Source: a virus
Taxonomy: Duplodnaviria; Caudoviricetes
Virus record (IMG/VR): IMGVR_UViG_3300037067_027616
Location: 192,001 to 256,000 of that record
Strand: one strand, 5' to 3'
DNA: 64,000 nt
Shown here: piece by piece, positions 33,591 through 43,629 of the stretch
Layout: every line of letters begins with the position of its first letter
Position numbering within the stretch: position 1 is the first letter of the stretch
The notes under the pieces: model-generated
What the model saw: the letters and a program-made list of their open reading frames with translations, nothing else
Database searches by the model: none
Told to the model about the DNA's origin: nothing
Program-made: the position numbers and the translations under genes

Positions 33591-33921
33591 GAACTTTCCT
33601 CACCCTCGGGCGAGGGGGTTTTGCTATGTTGATTTTCTTTGGCTTTTTGAAATGTGCATGGGGTCTAGCTTTAATTCTTTTTACAACATGTTTGTTTTTC
33701 TTTGGAGCCAACCAATGGGGCTTAACTCTCTTGAAAAGTTTCCGCGATCTCATGAAAAGACGGTTTTTTCGTAGGTACCTTTTCCTTTGAATACGTATTT
33801 TCGTTTTATGAACACGATAGTACATGCGGGCTTTGAGGCGTTGACTCGGACTTCTGCGCTTTATCTTGCGGACAAATCTTCTTTTATAAGCCGTTATTAC
33901 CCTTAATATTGCCTCATGCAT
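33550..33921 (-). CDS. Very basic K/R-rich protein
   Basis: Almost no acidic residues; GGAGG SD. Confidence 0.6.
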   Translation of the reverse strand: MHEAILRVITAYKRRFVRKIKRRSPSQRLKARMYYRVHKTKIRIQRKRYLRKNRLFMRSRKLFKRVKPHWLAPKKNKHVVKRIKARPHAHFKKPKKINIAKPPRPRVRKVHAPKRSFPKVRKH

Positions 33922-33964
33922 TTTATCCTCCCGTAATTCATAGAAAATTTTATTAGAAGGATAT

Positions 33965-34585
33965 TTACGGGTTGGGTGTGGACGGTTTCTTGTCTACGGT
34001 CATATTTTTCAGTGCCTCTCCCAATGCACTTTTATCGGCACCGTGTTCTATCCGGAATTTCCACAGGCGGTATTCTTCAGAAGATTTAAGGGTTTTCTCC
34101 AAATTTTCGTATTCATCCAAAAGACTTTTAGCCTCTGGGTTCGAAAATTTTTTATTCGTGAGCAATTCCTTTATTACGTGCATCCTCTTCAACGGCTTTA
34201 TTATCTTTTTATAGGTTACTGATTTACCACCCATGACGCAAAGGGGTCTCAACTCATGGCAATCTCTGCACAAATATATCTGTTCACGGTCCTCAAATTT
34301 GTTTGGTAAATACAAGCACCTTTTTGGTTTTCCACACTTGGGACACAGTATATACCACAACAAACCCCCTAAACTCCTTCGAGTTGCTAGATATTGGAAT
34401 TTCTGCCCGTTCAATTCAAACAGTTCAAGATTTTTATGTATCTCATCACGATATGCTTCATCCCTTTGTTTGCCTCTTTTTGCGGTTATGCTCTTCTTTA
34501 TGTTCCTAACCAATTTAGCAAAATCTAAACAAACGCACATTTCAACAGGGTGGTATTTTCTAGGCCTTGGCATCAGATCCTCCAT
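33965..34585 (-). CDS. Zn-finger hypothetical protein
   Basis: WYILCPKC...YLCRDCH. Confidence 0.65.
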   Translation of the reverse strand: MEDLMPRPRKYHPVEMCVCLDFAKLVRNIKKSITAKRGKQRDEAYRDEIHKNLELFELNGQKFQYLATRRSLGGLLWYILCPKCGKPKRCLYLPNKFEDREQIYLCRDCHELRPLCVMGGKSVTYKKIIKPLKRMHVIKELLTNKKFSNPEAKSLLDEYENLEKTLKSSEEYRLWKFRIEHGADKSALGEALKNMTVDKKPSTPNP

Positions 34586-35048
34586 GACCCATGATTGTTT
34601 TTCTTCCGTTCAAAGCCTTCAAAATTGACTCCAAAAAAGATATCATTCTGACAAGGATCCTGGACAGCCATCCGTGTGATTTCTGCGCTTCAGTCAAGGA
34701 TTTATCTAAAACCCACTCATATGTCCACAATTCCGGAAACAACCTTTTTTTCAAAGCCTCATCAGACATTATTGTGGTAAACCTTTCGGCGACAGCTTCA
34801 TCGAGCCATTTCCTGGCGAACGCGTTGCAGTCCCTTGCGCTTGTGCACACATCCGGTTTATCGGGGTCAAGGAGGCATAGCTTGACACATTTACTGTGTC
34901 CATCCACGTCTTCGTATTCTATGACGCCACTGTAATGACAATTCTCATGTGTCTTCTGCCTGGAAGCCGCTATGGATCTAATCAATGCGAGTTTGCGCAT
35001 TTGTCGGTATTGTCTATATATGACCCCGGGGCTTTTCATTTCAATCAC
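34560..35048 (-). CDS. Hypothetical protein
   Basis: 162-aa ORF. Confidence 0.6.
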   Translation of the reverse strand: MIEMKSPGVIYRQYRQMRKLALIRSIAASRQKTHENCHYSGVIEYEDVDGHSKCVKLCLLDPDKPDVCTSARDCNAFARKWLDEAVAERFTTIMSDEALKKRLFPELWTYEWVLDKSLTEAQKSHGWLSRILVRMISFLESILKALNGRKTIMGHGGSDAKA

Positions 35049-35592
35049 CTTTCAAAGGCATGTCGGTAACGCCCGTTATTCCAGAGTCGTGGGAAAAGTC
35101 TGACTTATCGTAGAAGAAATTCTTATTTAAAAACCGTATAGTGTCGGCATAATCGCAAAAACCACGGTTGAAACTGACGCCACTCATAGACCAAATTTCG
35201 ACCACCTTGCCTTTTGATTTCAAATGGCGACACAAGTCGATGAAATCCCCATCCCCACTCATAAGGACCCATTTATCAAATTTGTCCTTGTTCTCAAGAC
35301 AGTCTATGCATATAGCTATATCCTGATCTGTGCCTTTGTATATCCTGCCACCATCCTGCTTGTATGAAATTTGCGCCTTTTTTATTGCCAGGGTGTATCC
35401 TATTGACTTCAAAAAGTGTTCAAATTTTACGTGTTCCGCATCGGGAGTTCGAATTATATAGGCCGTTATCCCAACAACCTCATCCCCGCTTGCTTGGAAA
35501 TGGTCTCGTATTTTTACAAAATCAATACGCTTTCCAATGTCCTTTGCCGCGAAAAAAAGATTTTGGACGTCAAGTTGTATGTACACTCTCAT
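35041..35592 (-). CDS. NYN-domain (LabA/DUF88) nuclease-like protein
   Basis: LDVQN, KGTDQDIAID, SGDGDF. Confidence 0.85.
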   Translation of the reverse strand: MRVYIQLDVQNLFFAAKDIGKRIDFVKIRDHFQASGDEVVGITAYIIRTPDAEHVKFEHFLKSIGYTLAIKKAQISYKQDGGRIYKGTDQDIAICIDCLENKDKFDKWVLMSGDGDFIDLCRHLKSKGKVVEIWSMSGVSFNRGFCDYADTIRFLNKNFFYDKSDFSHDSGITGVTDMPLKGD

Positions 35593-36200
35593 CGTATTTT
35601 CTCCATGCGCGCGGCACGCCCGTGTTTGTCGATGCGGTACACGTGCTTTCCGCATTCGGCGAATTGAGGAAGGTGTGTTACAAGAAGTATGTCCATGCCT
35701 GTCTTCTCGGATAACTGGGTTATGAGCTTTCCAACATTATCTATGTTAACATTGTCTACAGCCTTGAATGTTTCATCCAACATCATGAAAGGAGCTCTTT
35801 TCAATTTTCTCATACACAAAAGCCGCAAGAGGAAACTTTCAACCACTTGAACGCTACTTCTCGAGTGTGGTGACACCTCATTTTCACCATCGACAGTACG
35901 AAGGACGACCCTCATACGCTTACCGTACTCTTCTAGTTTGCTTACAAATTTAACATCCCTCTCCGGGAATACTACAGATAAGCCATAGGACACGAGCTTG
36001 TCCATCCGTTCGAGATCCGCCTTTGCTAACCTGTCTATGAGATGCTTCAAAACCTTCTCCGTCATGAGCAACAAGTCAATTTTTTTCTCAAGCGTTTCAA
36101 TCTCGGACAACAGGTCACCTTTAGCCCTCATCTTTGAGGCCCGCATGCCTTCTACCATAGCAAGGCGCCTGTTGAATGATTCAAATACGGGACTATCCAC
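35589..36200 (-). CDS. C-terminal half of SbcC/Rad50 ATPase
   Basis: Coiled coil, Walker B MMLDE, H-loop LLVTH; no Walker A. Confidence 0.75.
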   Translation of the reverse strand: MDSPVFESFNRRLAMVEGMRASKMRAKGDLLSEIETLEKKIDLLLMTEKVLKHLIDRLAKADLERMDKLVSYGLSVVFPERDVKFVSKLEEYGKRMRVVLRTVDGENEVSPHSRSSVQVVESFLLRLLCMRKLKRAPFMMLDETFKAVDNVNIDNVGKLITQLSEKTGMDILLVTHLPQFAECGKHVYRIDKHGRAARMEKIR

Positions 36201-36211
36201 CGTTACGTCCC

Positions 36212-37366
36212 CTAAACTTTCTTGGCATATCCACCAATGCCTACCTGTACAAAATTTTCTTTGTCGATATCGCCTTTGTCATAAGCCTTTAAAAACTTGT
36301 TCCCCTGCTCATTGATATGCAGGCGAATTTTATCACCATGATTAAAAGATCCAAGGACGGACTTCAAAACACTGTATAGCATTATGTGTGTGACGTCCTC
36401 TGAACCCGTGTCATCTGCCCGAGAACACGGTATTCTTTCAATGCTTTTTGATGATAACAATGACAAATCGATGTAAGATGAGTCACCGGAACCGCTAAGG
36501 GTCATTTGCACCCCGACTGCGCCATCTGTACCGGTATGGGAAGCTACAAGACGATCAAGGTGCTTCAACAGGAGCGCTTTATCAACGATGGTATGGGGTC
36601 CTTCGGATTTGACGTGCTGTGTTTGGACACTCGGAGGTTCCATCGCAGGCTTCAAAGCAGAAAAGTACACTCCGGTTGATGTTTCTATACCCACATCTCC
36701 ACCCGTTTGTATTAAACCAACCGTTTTGTCCTCCACAGCATCCAAAACTGAAGAAAGAATCGGGAGGATTGCTTTGCGTAGGCGCACATCATCAAACGGC
36801 TTGAATGCGGACGACACCATGAACCCCATCATACTGCTGCCGTTTGCGGCGTACATGACACCTTTCGATATGGTGACTATGTCAAAGTTGCGGGCGTCAT
36901 CTTTTTGAGGGGCAAGATAATTTTCGGCATATTTTACGGACGATGAGAACAATTCCCGCGATATTGGTATTGATACCCTTCCTGCGTTTGGCTCGAAAGT
37001 GAGCATCATCGATGCCGGGAACGATTGAAGTTTTGCAAAAGAAGAAGAACCGTTGCTGGTAAACACCTTGACGGATTGGTCGCTTTCATCGAAATCCATA
37101 ACGACATCGGTGATATCCATTTTAGATAAAACACCGGACAATATTTTTGGGTCGGCGGTGAACGAGGTTCTGGTGCCGGGGACACAATCAGCATCGATAG
37201 CACACAAAGCTTTGAGGTCGTTATTTGTGCCCGTTACTTTCATTTTTCCATCGGACACAGAGAACAGGAGATGGCCGCGCTCCTGCTGTATTATGATCTT
37301 CGACAATGCTTTCCTTGTGATCCCCACCGCTCTTTGAAGTTCGGATCTGTTGACCTTGATTTCCAT
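36212..37366 (-). CDS. dnaN: DNA polymerase III beta sliding clamp-like
   Basis: 384 aa; MEIKVNRSEL...MKVTGTNND N-terminus; replication context. Confidence 0.7.
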   Translation of the reverse strand: MEIKVNRSELQRAVGITRKALSKIIIQQERGHLLFSVSDGKMKVTGTNNDLKALCAIDADCVPGTRTSFTADPKILSGVLSKMDITDVVMDFDESDQSVKVFTSNGSSSFAKLQSFPASMMLTFEPNAGRVSIPISRELFSSSVKYAENYLAPQKDDARNFDIVTISKGVMYAANGSSMMGFMVSSAFKPFDDVRLRKAILPILSSVLDAVEDKTVGLIQTGGDVGIETSTGVYFSALKPAMEPPSVQTQHVKSEGPHTIVDKALLLKHLDRLVASHTGTDGAVGVQMTLSGSGDSSYIDLSLLSSKSIERIPCSRADDTGSEDVTHIMLYSVLKSVLGSFNHGDKIRLHINEQGNKFLKAYDKGDIDKENFVQVGIGGYAKKV

Positions 37367-37377
37367 TTGTGATCTCC

Positions 37378-37641
37378 TTATGCCTCTATGGATGAAAGCT
37401 GTTTTGATGCCTTTTCGAGACCTTCCTCGAATGAATCCATATCCTGCTTTAGCTTCGCTTCCATCTCTATTATGGTCTTGCGGAGCGTCTTTGGATCATA
37501 GCCGGCCTTCTTAACCTCTTCTATAATGGCGGAAAGTGCCTGCCTTTTAGCGTTGTATTGCTCCTCCAGGCGTATCTTCTTCGTCTGGAGTTCCTGCCGC
37601 CTCTTCTCAAGGGCTTTGAATCTATCGACCTGGTCAGTCAT
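37378..37641 (-). CDS. Small coiled-coil protein
   Basis: 87-aa heptad-rich ORF. Confidence 0.65.
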   Translation of the reverse strand: MTDQVDRFKALEKRRQELQTKKIRLEEQYNAKRQALSAIIEEVKKAGYDPKTLRKTIIEMEAKLKQDMDSFEEGLEKASKQLSSIEA

Positions 37642-37650
37642 ACGCTCTCC

Positions 37651-38484
37651 TCAAAGCATCAAGTCTTGTACGCCGAGTGAAGAATCTATTTCAATGTGGC
37701 CCTTTTTCTCGGCATTCTCTTTTTTCTTTGCGTTGTACGCTTCGCACGAGCATTTATAAGGACACCATTTGCATTGTTTACTCAAACCAACCTTGGCCTC
37801 GAACACGGTGTCTTTTTTTATGGCCTGTTTCACGAGAGCTAATTTGTCCCGGAACGACAAAATTGTCGCTTTATCAAAATCAATGTACTTGATGAGCTTA
37901 AACCGATAGTACAGGAATCCGAGTTTGTCCGGGAGACGTCCTTTATTCAGAAGATATACAAGCGCGTAAAAATATAGCTGGTCAAGGTCGATATCCGCAT
38001 CGATTTTCATCTTTCCCTTGCCATCCAGAATTTCAATCGGTCCGCCCTGCGGTTCGTGGACAAAATCCATGCGACACGTTATTAAATCCCCGGACTTTTT
38101 GAGGTGCACGTTGAAGGTGACTTCCGATCTGGAGTCCTTCCAAAATGTGAACTTTCGCATATTTTCAATGACGTCTGCAACGGCCATATCAAATATCTGT
38201 TCGGAAGTGTTCTTCACCCACGGTTCACTCCAATTAACATAATTGGTGTCGAGGACATACTTCCATATTTCCTTGAGTACTGATTTTACGTTATCGTCCG
38301 TAAGTTGTCTGCCTGTTTTGGCAACCTCATTTGTGTACTTCTTGAAGAATCGCTCAACAAGCAGACCATAAAGAGCAAAGTACTTGCTTTCCTTTTCAGG
38401 GGGAGCAACCTTGTCTGCCTTAAGCTTATAATGCCTGGGACAGTCGATGTACATGCGGAAGTCACTATACGATAATTTCATCAA
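37651..38484 (-). CDS. PD-(D/E)xK nuclease (RecB/Cas4-like, Fe-S cysteines)
   Basis: LSYS..CP, RMD, ILDGK, QLYFY, CKWCPYKCSC. Confidence 0.8.
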   Translation of the reverse strand: MMKLSYSDFRMYIDCPRHYKLKADKVAPPEKESKYFALYGLLVERFFKKYTNEVAKTGRQLTDDNVKSVLKEIWKYVLDTNYVNWSEPWVKNTSEQIFDMAVADVIENMRKFTFWKDSRSEVTFNVHLKKSGDLITCRMDFVHEPQGGPIEILDGKGKMKIDADIDLDQLYFYALVYLLNKGRLPDKLGFLYYRFKLIKYIDFDKATILSFRDKLALVKQAIKKDTVFEAKVGLSKQCKWCPYKCSCEAYNAKKKENAEKKGHIEIDSSLGVQDLML

Positions 38485-39467
38485 ACTGCTCCCTTGATTG
38501 CCATGTCGGCCTCTGACAAATAATGGGTAACACTGTCAAGTATTTCCTTTTCCAATTTCATAGAGGACAACTCGGCGTCTATTCTCCCAAGGGCATCTAA
38601 GTCTACTTCCTCGGCTCGGAGTTTTTCTACGAAATTCTCGGCCTCCTCCATCCTTTTTTTCTCGCGTTCTTTTGCCACAAGGTCGAATACCTGGTCAGAA
38701 TTCTTGACATTCAAACGTATGGCGCGCGCGGACACTACAACCTTGCCGTCAACCTTGTTAATTTGGACGTAGCCTATCTTTGGGGATCTTGTAATGTTGT
38801 CATCAGCCATTGTTCCGCGACTCACCGCCCCGATATTGATGAAAGTCACGTCACGGCCATTGTGCTTTATTGTCTCTATGCCTTGATCAAAATGAAAATG
38901 CCCCATGACAAAAATGTCATCGCCAAGATTAGCTATGTCACTGTATTTAAACACGTTAGAAAGGTGGTACTTTCCACCAATTAAACTGGAATACAAATGC
39001 AAGACGGCTATACTCAAATCAGCACAGCGTGATGCTTTTGGCATTGAGTCTATTTCCGGATTTTCCTCAAACGGAAACCCACGCAATTGAACACGCACGC
39101 TACCGTCATCTACTATCTCTTCCCGCAATTGCTTGAGTGCGCCACTGGCGTAGATGACACTCAAAGGTTGCTCCGGAAATGTCTTGTAGCTGTCGTTCTT
39201 CAAATCGTGGTTTCCCTCGGTGGCGTAGATAGGCGCCCCAAAATCTTTGAACAACGTTAACAACGTGCTGTTAAGACTGTGTGGATTGCGCATTGGGGCT
39301 TTAAGGTTGAATAGATCTCCTGCCATGATATAAAAGTCGACACCGAGTTTCTTACCGGCCTGTCCTACCTGGGTCAGTTTTTCGAGGATGTCCTCGAGAT
39401 AGCTACCAACCCGTGATTGGGGGTTTACGGAACTGATATGTGGATCTGTGAATGTCAGAAATTTCAT
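38481..39467 (-). CDS. sbcD: SbcD/Mre11 metallophosphoesterase nuclease
   Basis: TDPH, AGDLF, GNHD, GHFH. Confidence 0.88.
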   Translation of the reverse strand: MKFLTFTDPHISSVNPQSRVGSYLEDILEKLTQVGQAGKKLGVDFYIMAGDLFNLKAPMRNPHSLNSTLLTLFKDFGAPIYATEGNHDLKNDSYKTFPEQPLSVIYASGALKQLREEIVDDGSVRVQLRGFPFEENPEIDSMPKASRCADLSIAVLHLYSSLIGGKYHLSNVFKYSDIANLGDDIFVMGHFHFDQGIETIKHNGRDVTFINIGAVSRGTMADDNITRSPKIGYVQINKVDGKVVVSARAIRLNVKNSDQVFDLVAKEREKKRMEEAENFVEKLRAEEVDLDALGRIDAELSSMKLEKEILDSVTHYLSEADMAIKGAV

Positions 39468-39470
39468 GCG

Positions 39471-40640
39471 CTATAAATCTTTCCCACAAAGAGGGCATAC
39501 CGTGAATTCTGATTTTTCTTTTTCTATAGAGGCTTGTTCTGCAGATACCCTGCTCTGCTCTTCGGACAAGGTCTCTATTTCTTTCTTTAAGGCAAGTATA
39601 TTTTCAACAGAGCTGCCTAAAAACCCCAACTTTGAAATGCCCGACCCAAGCTCTGAAAATTGTTCGTCACCAATAATCGAAACGGATCCGCACGGTGCCA
39701 AACGTTTTTCATCTGATTCAGCAATGTTAAGTCTCGCGAGCATGTCAGAAAGTTTCCTGTATTCTTCCGCCGAAAACAAAAGACCTTCTGGTTCATCCAC
39801 GGAAATTTTGTTCACATCCTGGAGGCGCTTTATATCCACAGCGAGGGCTTCTGTTTTTGTCAAAAGTTCCGAAGCCTTTGAAACTTTGAGAATTGTTTCT
39901 GAAAGACTACCGGAATCGGTGACTTCCACCGAGGACGATTGCTTGAGCCTCCCACAATCCGCTGCCAACGTTTCCAAAGATGTCAAAAGTTCCTTCGCTT
40001 TTTTCACGCCCCTTTCGGACGACTCTATGGCTTGAAAATCAGATTTTAGATTCGCGCCGTAGTCAATGATCTTGTCCAGCCCATCGAATTTCTTCAAATC
40101 GGATTCGACATTGACTATGTCCTTTTTTCTGATCTTCAAAAGGGCGTTCACCGACCTTTGATCTTTGTTACACAAATCCGAGGCTTTATACAACCTGTCG
40201 AGCCCATACGCTGTGGCGACGAGGTCTGACGTCTTCATGCCCTCTTCGCCAACAAGAAACAACTCGTTGAACTGTTCAGCGTATTGTAGGTTGTGCTTCT
40301 CCTCGTTTATTCGAACATTCCCATACCCGGCTAACCAGACTTCCGAAGGTGGGTCGTCCACGCCTATCTTCGAATATTTGTTTCCGTTGATGACGTAATA
40401 ATTGTTCCCTTCTTCTTTGTGCCACAGGAGGTCGAGGCCTTCAGCGATTATGTGGACTTCGCAAAACTTTTTGCCCCAAGATATGAATTCGGTACCCTGT
40501 TGGTTCGTAAGCGCCGCATTTATGGCACGCATGGTGGCACTTTTACCGGACAAGTTAGGACCCTGCACCGTCGTGAAGCCATCAATTTCGATGGTGGCAT
40601 GTTCCACGGACTCGTAATTCGTTATCTCGGCGCGTATCAC
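39471..40640 (-). CDS. sbcC: N-terminal half of SbcC/Rad50, ending at the zinc hook
   Basis: Walker A GPNLSGKS; coiled coil; terminal CPLCG. Confidence 0.8.
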   Translation of the reverse strand: MIRAEITNYESVEHATIEIDGFTTVQGPNLSGKSATMRAINAALTNQQGTEFISWGKKFCEVHIIAEGLDLLWHKEEGNNYYVINGNKYSKIGVDDPPSEVWLAGYGNVRINEEKHNLQYAEQFNELFLVGEEGMKTSDLVATAYGLDRLYKASDLCNKDQRSVNALLKIRKKDIVNVESDLKKFDGLDKIIDYGANLKSDFQAIESSERGVKKAKELLTSLETLAADCGRLKQSSSVEVTDSGSLSETILKVSKASELLTKTEALAVDIKRLQDVNKISVDEPEGLLFSAEEYRKLSDMLARLNIAESDEKRLAPCGSVSIIGDEQFSELGSGISKLGFLGSSVENILALKKEIETLSEEQSRVSAEQASIEKEKSEFTVCPLCGKDL

Positions 40641-40643
40641 CGA

Positions 40644-41966
40644 TTATCCCTCGCTCGAATCACTATCTTTTTTTCCTCCCATGGAATTCTCTAATTCACT
40701 GAGATCCATGGCATCATCATCCGAAATACCCAGGTCATCGACAGGCAGACCCTTGATCTTTCGTATCGACTTCAGTTCTTCCTTTTCATCGTCCGACAAC
40801 GAGTTAGACTCCCTTTTCGATTCAAGTTCCCTGAGGGTGTTGTCCATCTCGGCATCGTCCCGGTTTGGTTGAAGCTTGGGTTTGAGTACTTCCAATATCT
40901 CCGGGTTAGCCTCAAGGTGCCTCTTCAAGGATTGCTTGCCTTGCACTTTGAACTGAAGGTCGGAGTCAGCATCCTTCCATGAAAACCAAGCGCCCTCTTT
41001 CTTGATGATATGCCTGTTGATAGCCAGTTCTATCATGGACATGACATTGTCGATGCCGTATCCAAATTGGATGTAGATCGGTCCGGATTTGAAAGGCATG
41101 TCAAGTTTGTTCTTTTCGATGACGACTTTTATAACTTGGCTTACCGCCTTCTTCTCCGAAATGCCTGTGATATCGCTGATCTCCTCGACCTGCTCACGCA
41201 AACCCGGCTTCATGTGAATCCTGAGTGACGAGTAGAACCTGACCGCCCTTCCACCTGATGTTACCTCTTTTGGACCTGTGTCGTATTTGTCCGCTTTGAT
41301 GGTGCTGCGCATCTGGTTCACGAGTACAAGGGCGCAATTCTTTTTACCGAGTCTTTTCGTTATCCAATTCAGCCACGTACCCGTAAGTTTTGCATGGAGT
41401 CCGACCTGCACACCTTCATCGGCCTCTCCCTCGAAAGCAGCCTTGGGGAGCATGGCTGTGACAGAATCCACGATGATGACGGCCGGGCCGAGTTTCATCA
41501 TGGCTATCCCGATGAGCTTGACGCCGTCCTCAAAGTTGTCTGGTTCGATGTGACAGAAATTTGGGGGTGAAATATCAACACCTATGTTCTCGATGTACTT
41601 GCGTTGTTGCCGCAGGCTCTTCTCGAAGTCGGCGTATATGACACGGAATCCGGCATCCAAAGCCTGTTTGGCAATGTGCAAGGCGAGAGTAGTCTTGCCG
41701 CAACCTTCATCGCCGTAGACTTCAGTGACGTAGCCCCGGGGTACTCCTCCGGGTCTGTTCTGCTGTGACCCATCCCCGATGAGGCGGTTCACGACCCAAG
41801 AGCCTGTAGAGAGGAAATCTATTTTCCTCTTGATGTCACCAAGATGCCCCGACTTCTTGAGGGACTCTATGAACGCCAAGGCTTCGGTGTCGCTCGCGGG
41901 CTTTTCATTCTTCTGCTCGGGCGACTTGCCCTTCTGATCCTTTTTCTTTTTCTTTTGAAATGCCAC
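40644..41966 (-). CDS. recA: RecA recombinase
   Basis: GGVPRG, GDEGCGKTT, IIVDSV, VNQMR, SGGRAVRFY, KNK. Confidence 0.93.
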   Translation of the reverse strand: MAFQKKKKKDQKGKSPEQKNEKPASDTEALAFIESLKKSGHLGDIKRKIDFLSTGSWVVNRLIGDGSQQNRPGGVPRGYVTEVYGDEGCGKTTLALHIAKQALDAGFRVIYADFEKSLRQQRKYIENIGVDISPPNFCHIEPDNFEDGVKLIGIAMMKLGPAVIIVDSVTAMLPKAAFEGEADEGVQVGLHAKLTGTWLNWITKRLGKKNCALVLVNQMRSTIKADKYDTGPKEVTSGGRAVRFYSSLRIHMKPGLREQVEEISDITGISEKKAVSQVIKVVIEKNKLDMPFKSGPIYIQFGYGIDNVMSMIELAINRHIIKKEGAWFSWKDADSDLQFKVQGKQSLKRHLEANPEILEVLKPKLQPNRDDAEMDNTLRELESKRESNSLSDDEKEELKSIRKIKGLPVDDLGISDDDAMDLSELENSMGGKKDSDSSEG

Positions 41967-42621
41967 GTTCGCTTCTCCTTTTTATGCTCTTGAAATCGAA
42001 GAACAACTCGTTCTCCCGGTAGACTATACCGTACAACTCTATGGCGCCTTTTTTAGGCCCGCGCACGTACGTGTGCTTACCACAAAAAGTTTCCTTCTCA
42101 TACTCACCGAGGTCACTGTCCTTCAAGGTCTTTTCGATGTGCCAACGGTAAAACCTTTTTCCGTAAACACCCGCCCAATAAGCATCTGCCACGTCCTCGG
42201 CGAGTCGCTTCCCCTGCAACCCTAATGCTGTCTTCGCCTTGTCGATCATGTGGGGCTTGTGAACTTCAGCCACACTTGTGTTAGGGAAAACCAACTTCTT
42301 GAGCATCTGCGGAGGGAAGCATACCACAAATATTTCCCTGTCAAGAAAAACCCTGTGGAGGTACTGGTTCAAGGCATAAAGAACTTCCGTGCTTCCCGCC
42401 CCGAAGAAAGGTGCCTCCATCCCGATGAACTTTACGCCATACCTGTCTATGAGCGCCCGAACTCGCTCGGATTGGAGTATGAGGCGTTGGACGATGATGC
42501 CGTCCTCGGACGATGTCTTGAGCATACCTTTCTCGACAACGTCCGTGTCCGGTTTTTCACTATCCAACACGACATATCCCGCCTTTTGCAAGGAGGGGTC
42601 CAATCCGAGCAGATTAGGCAT
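41905..42621 (-). CDS. ruvC: RuvC-like Holliday junction resolvase
   Basis: LLGLDPS, GME, DVADA. Confidence 0.75.
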   Translation of the reverse strand: MPNLLGLDPSLQKAGYVVLDSEKPDTDVVEKGMLKTSSEDGIIVQRLILQSERVRALIDRYGVKFIGMEAPFFGAGSTEVLYALNQYLHRVFLDREIFVVCFPPQMLKKLVFPNTSVAEVHKPHMIDKAKTALGLQGKRLAEDVADAYWAGVYGKRFYRWHIEKTLKDSDLGEYEKETFCGKHTYVRGPKKGAIELYGIVYRENELFFDFKSIKRRSERGISKEKEKGSEGQVARAEE

Positions 42622-42624
42622 GGC

Positions 42625-43266
42625 CTACAGGTTCCCGACCACATCGCCGAGGCTGACATCAACTGCCGCGTCATCTGACCCCGGGGCGTCAATGCCAAGT
42701 TGCTCACGGATCTCGGTTATGCTGAGGTCCGCTCCGAGTTGACGGCTGAGCGTCTTGCGCAATTCCGCAGCCTCTGCGATTATCTTCTTCATAAGGTCGG
42801 GCTTCGACCTCCAGAAGGATTCCTTGCAGGGGTTAGGCTCGATGGTCTGGAAATCCTCATTTGTGCACGTCAGTGTAATGTCGTGCTTGTCAAAGGGCCA
42901 TTCCTTACCCAGGTTCCGCAGCTTCACGTACATCGTGTCGCTGAAGATCCACGGTATGAGTTCGTAACCCCTGAGGGTTTTCTTTCCGTCCTTGTCGGCG
43001 ATATCGTAAACAATCAAGACACAAGCTATCCGTTGCTTGGGCAGATTACCTTCATAACTGTGAAGGCAACAGATTTCTTTCTTCTCCTTGGTGCTCTTGC
43101 ACAGGAAATAACGATCCTTGAAGTGGCATGTCGCACCGACGCATGGAGCCTGTCCCTCTTCATATACGATTCCAACACGGTCGGACTTCCCGCCCTTTCC
43201 CTTGTACTTCTTGAACCTGGACGGCTGTATGTCATCCCTTTCGAATCCAAATTCCTCAATCGCCAT
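42625..43266 (-). CDS. Putative single-stranded DNA-binding protein (gp32-like)
   Basis: HF..Y..C, CC, HDITL, acidic tail; position in the recombination operon. Confidence 0.5.
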   Translation of the reverse strand: MAIEEFGFERDDIQPSRFKKYKGKGGKSDRVGIVYEEGQAPCVGATCHFKDRYFLCKSTKEKKEICCLHSYEGNLPKQRIACVLIVYDIADKDGKKTLRGYELIPWIFSDTMYVKLRNLGKEWPFDKHDITLTCTNEDFQTIEPNPCKESFWRSKPDLMKKIIAEAAELRKTLSRQLGADLSITEIREQLGIDAPGSDDAAVDVSLGDVVGNL

Positions 43267-43294
43267 GATCTTCTCCTTTTGTGTTACCGCTGTT

Positions 43295-43612
43295 TTACAG
43301 GAACTCCCTTATTGTGTCTCCGGGCCTGTACAGAATTTTTCGAGTACTCGTTGGCCTTTCAACCATTATTTTTCTTCTCTTGTCATACACCTTGGCGATC
43401 TTCTTTTTGACCCCCGTGGTGCGAAGACTTCCCATCCCGGGTGGGAGTTTCACCATCCCCGTGGTGAGTAGTTCGTAGAAGACAAGTTCAAATATCCTTT
43501 TGGACAGCCTCTTACGGACGGGCTTCGAATCCACCCTGCGTATAGCCTTGTCACCAAGGCGTTCCCGCAGTATGTCTCTAACCGCATCCATTATCACATC
43601 GCCTATTTCCAT
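43295..43612 (-). CDS. HU/IHF-like DNA-binding protein
   Basis: VKLPPGMGSL...RKILYRPG. Confidence 0.55.
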   Translation of the reverse strand: MEIGDVIMDAVRDILRERLGDKAIRRVDSKPVRKRLSKRIFELVFYELLTTGMVKLPPGMGSLRTTGVKKKIAKVYDKRRKIMVERPTSTRKILYRPGDTIREFL

Positions 43613-43629
43613 GGCCTTCTCCAGGCGAA

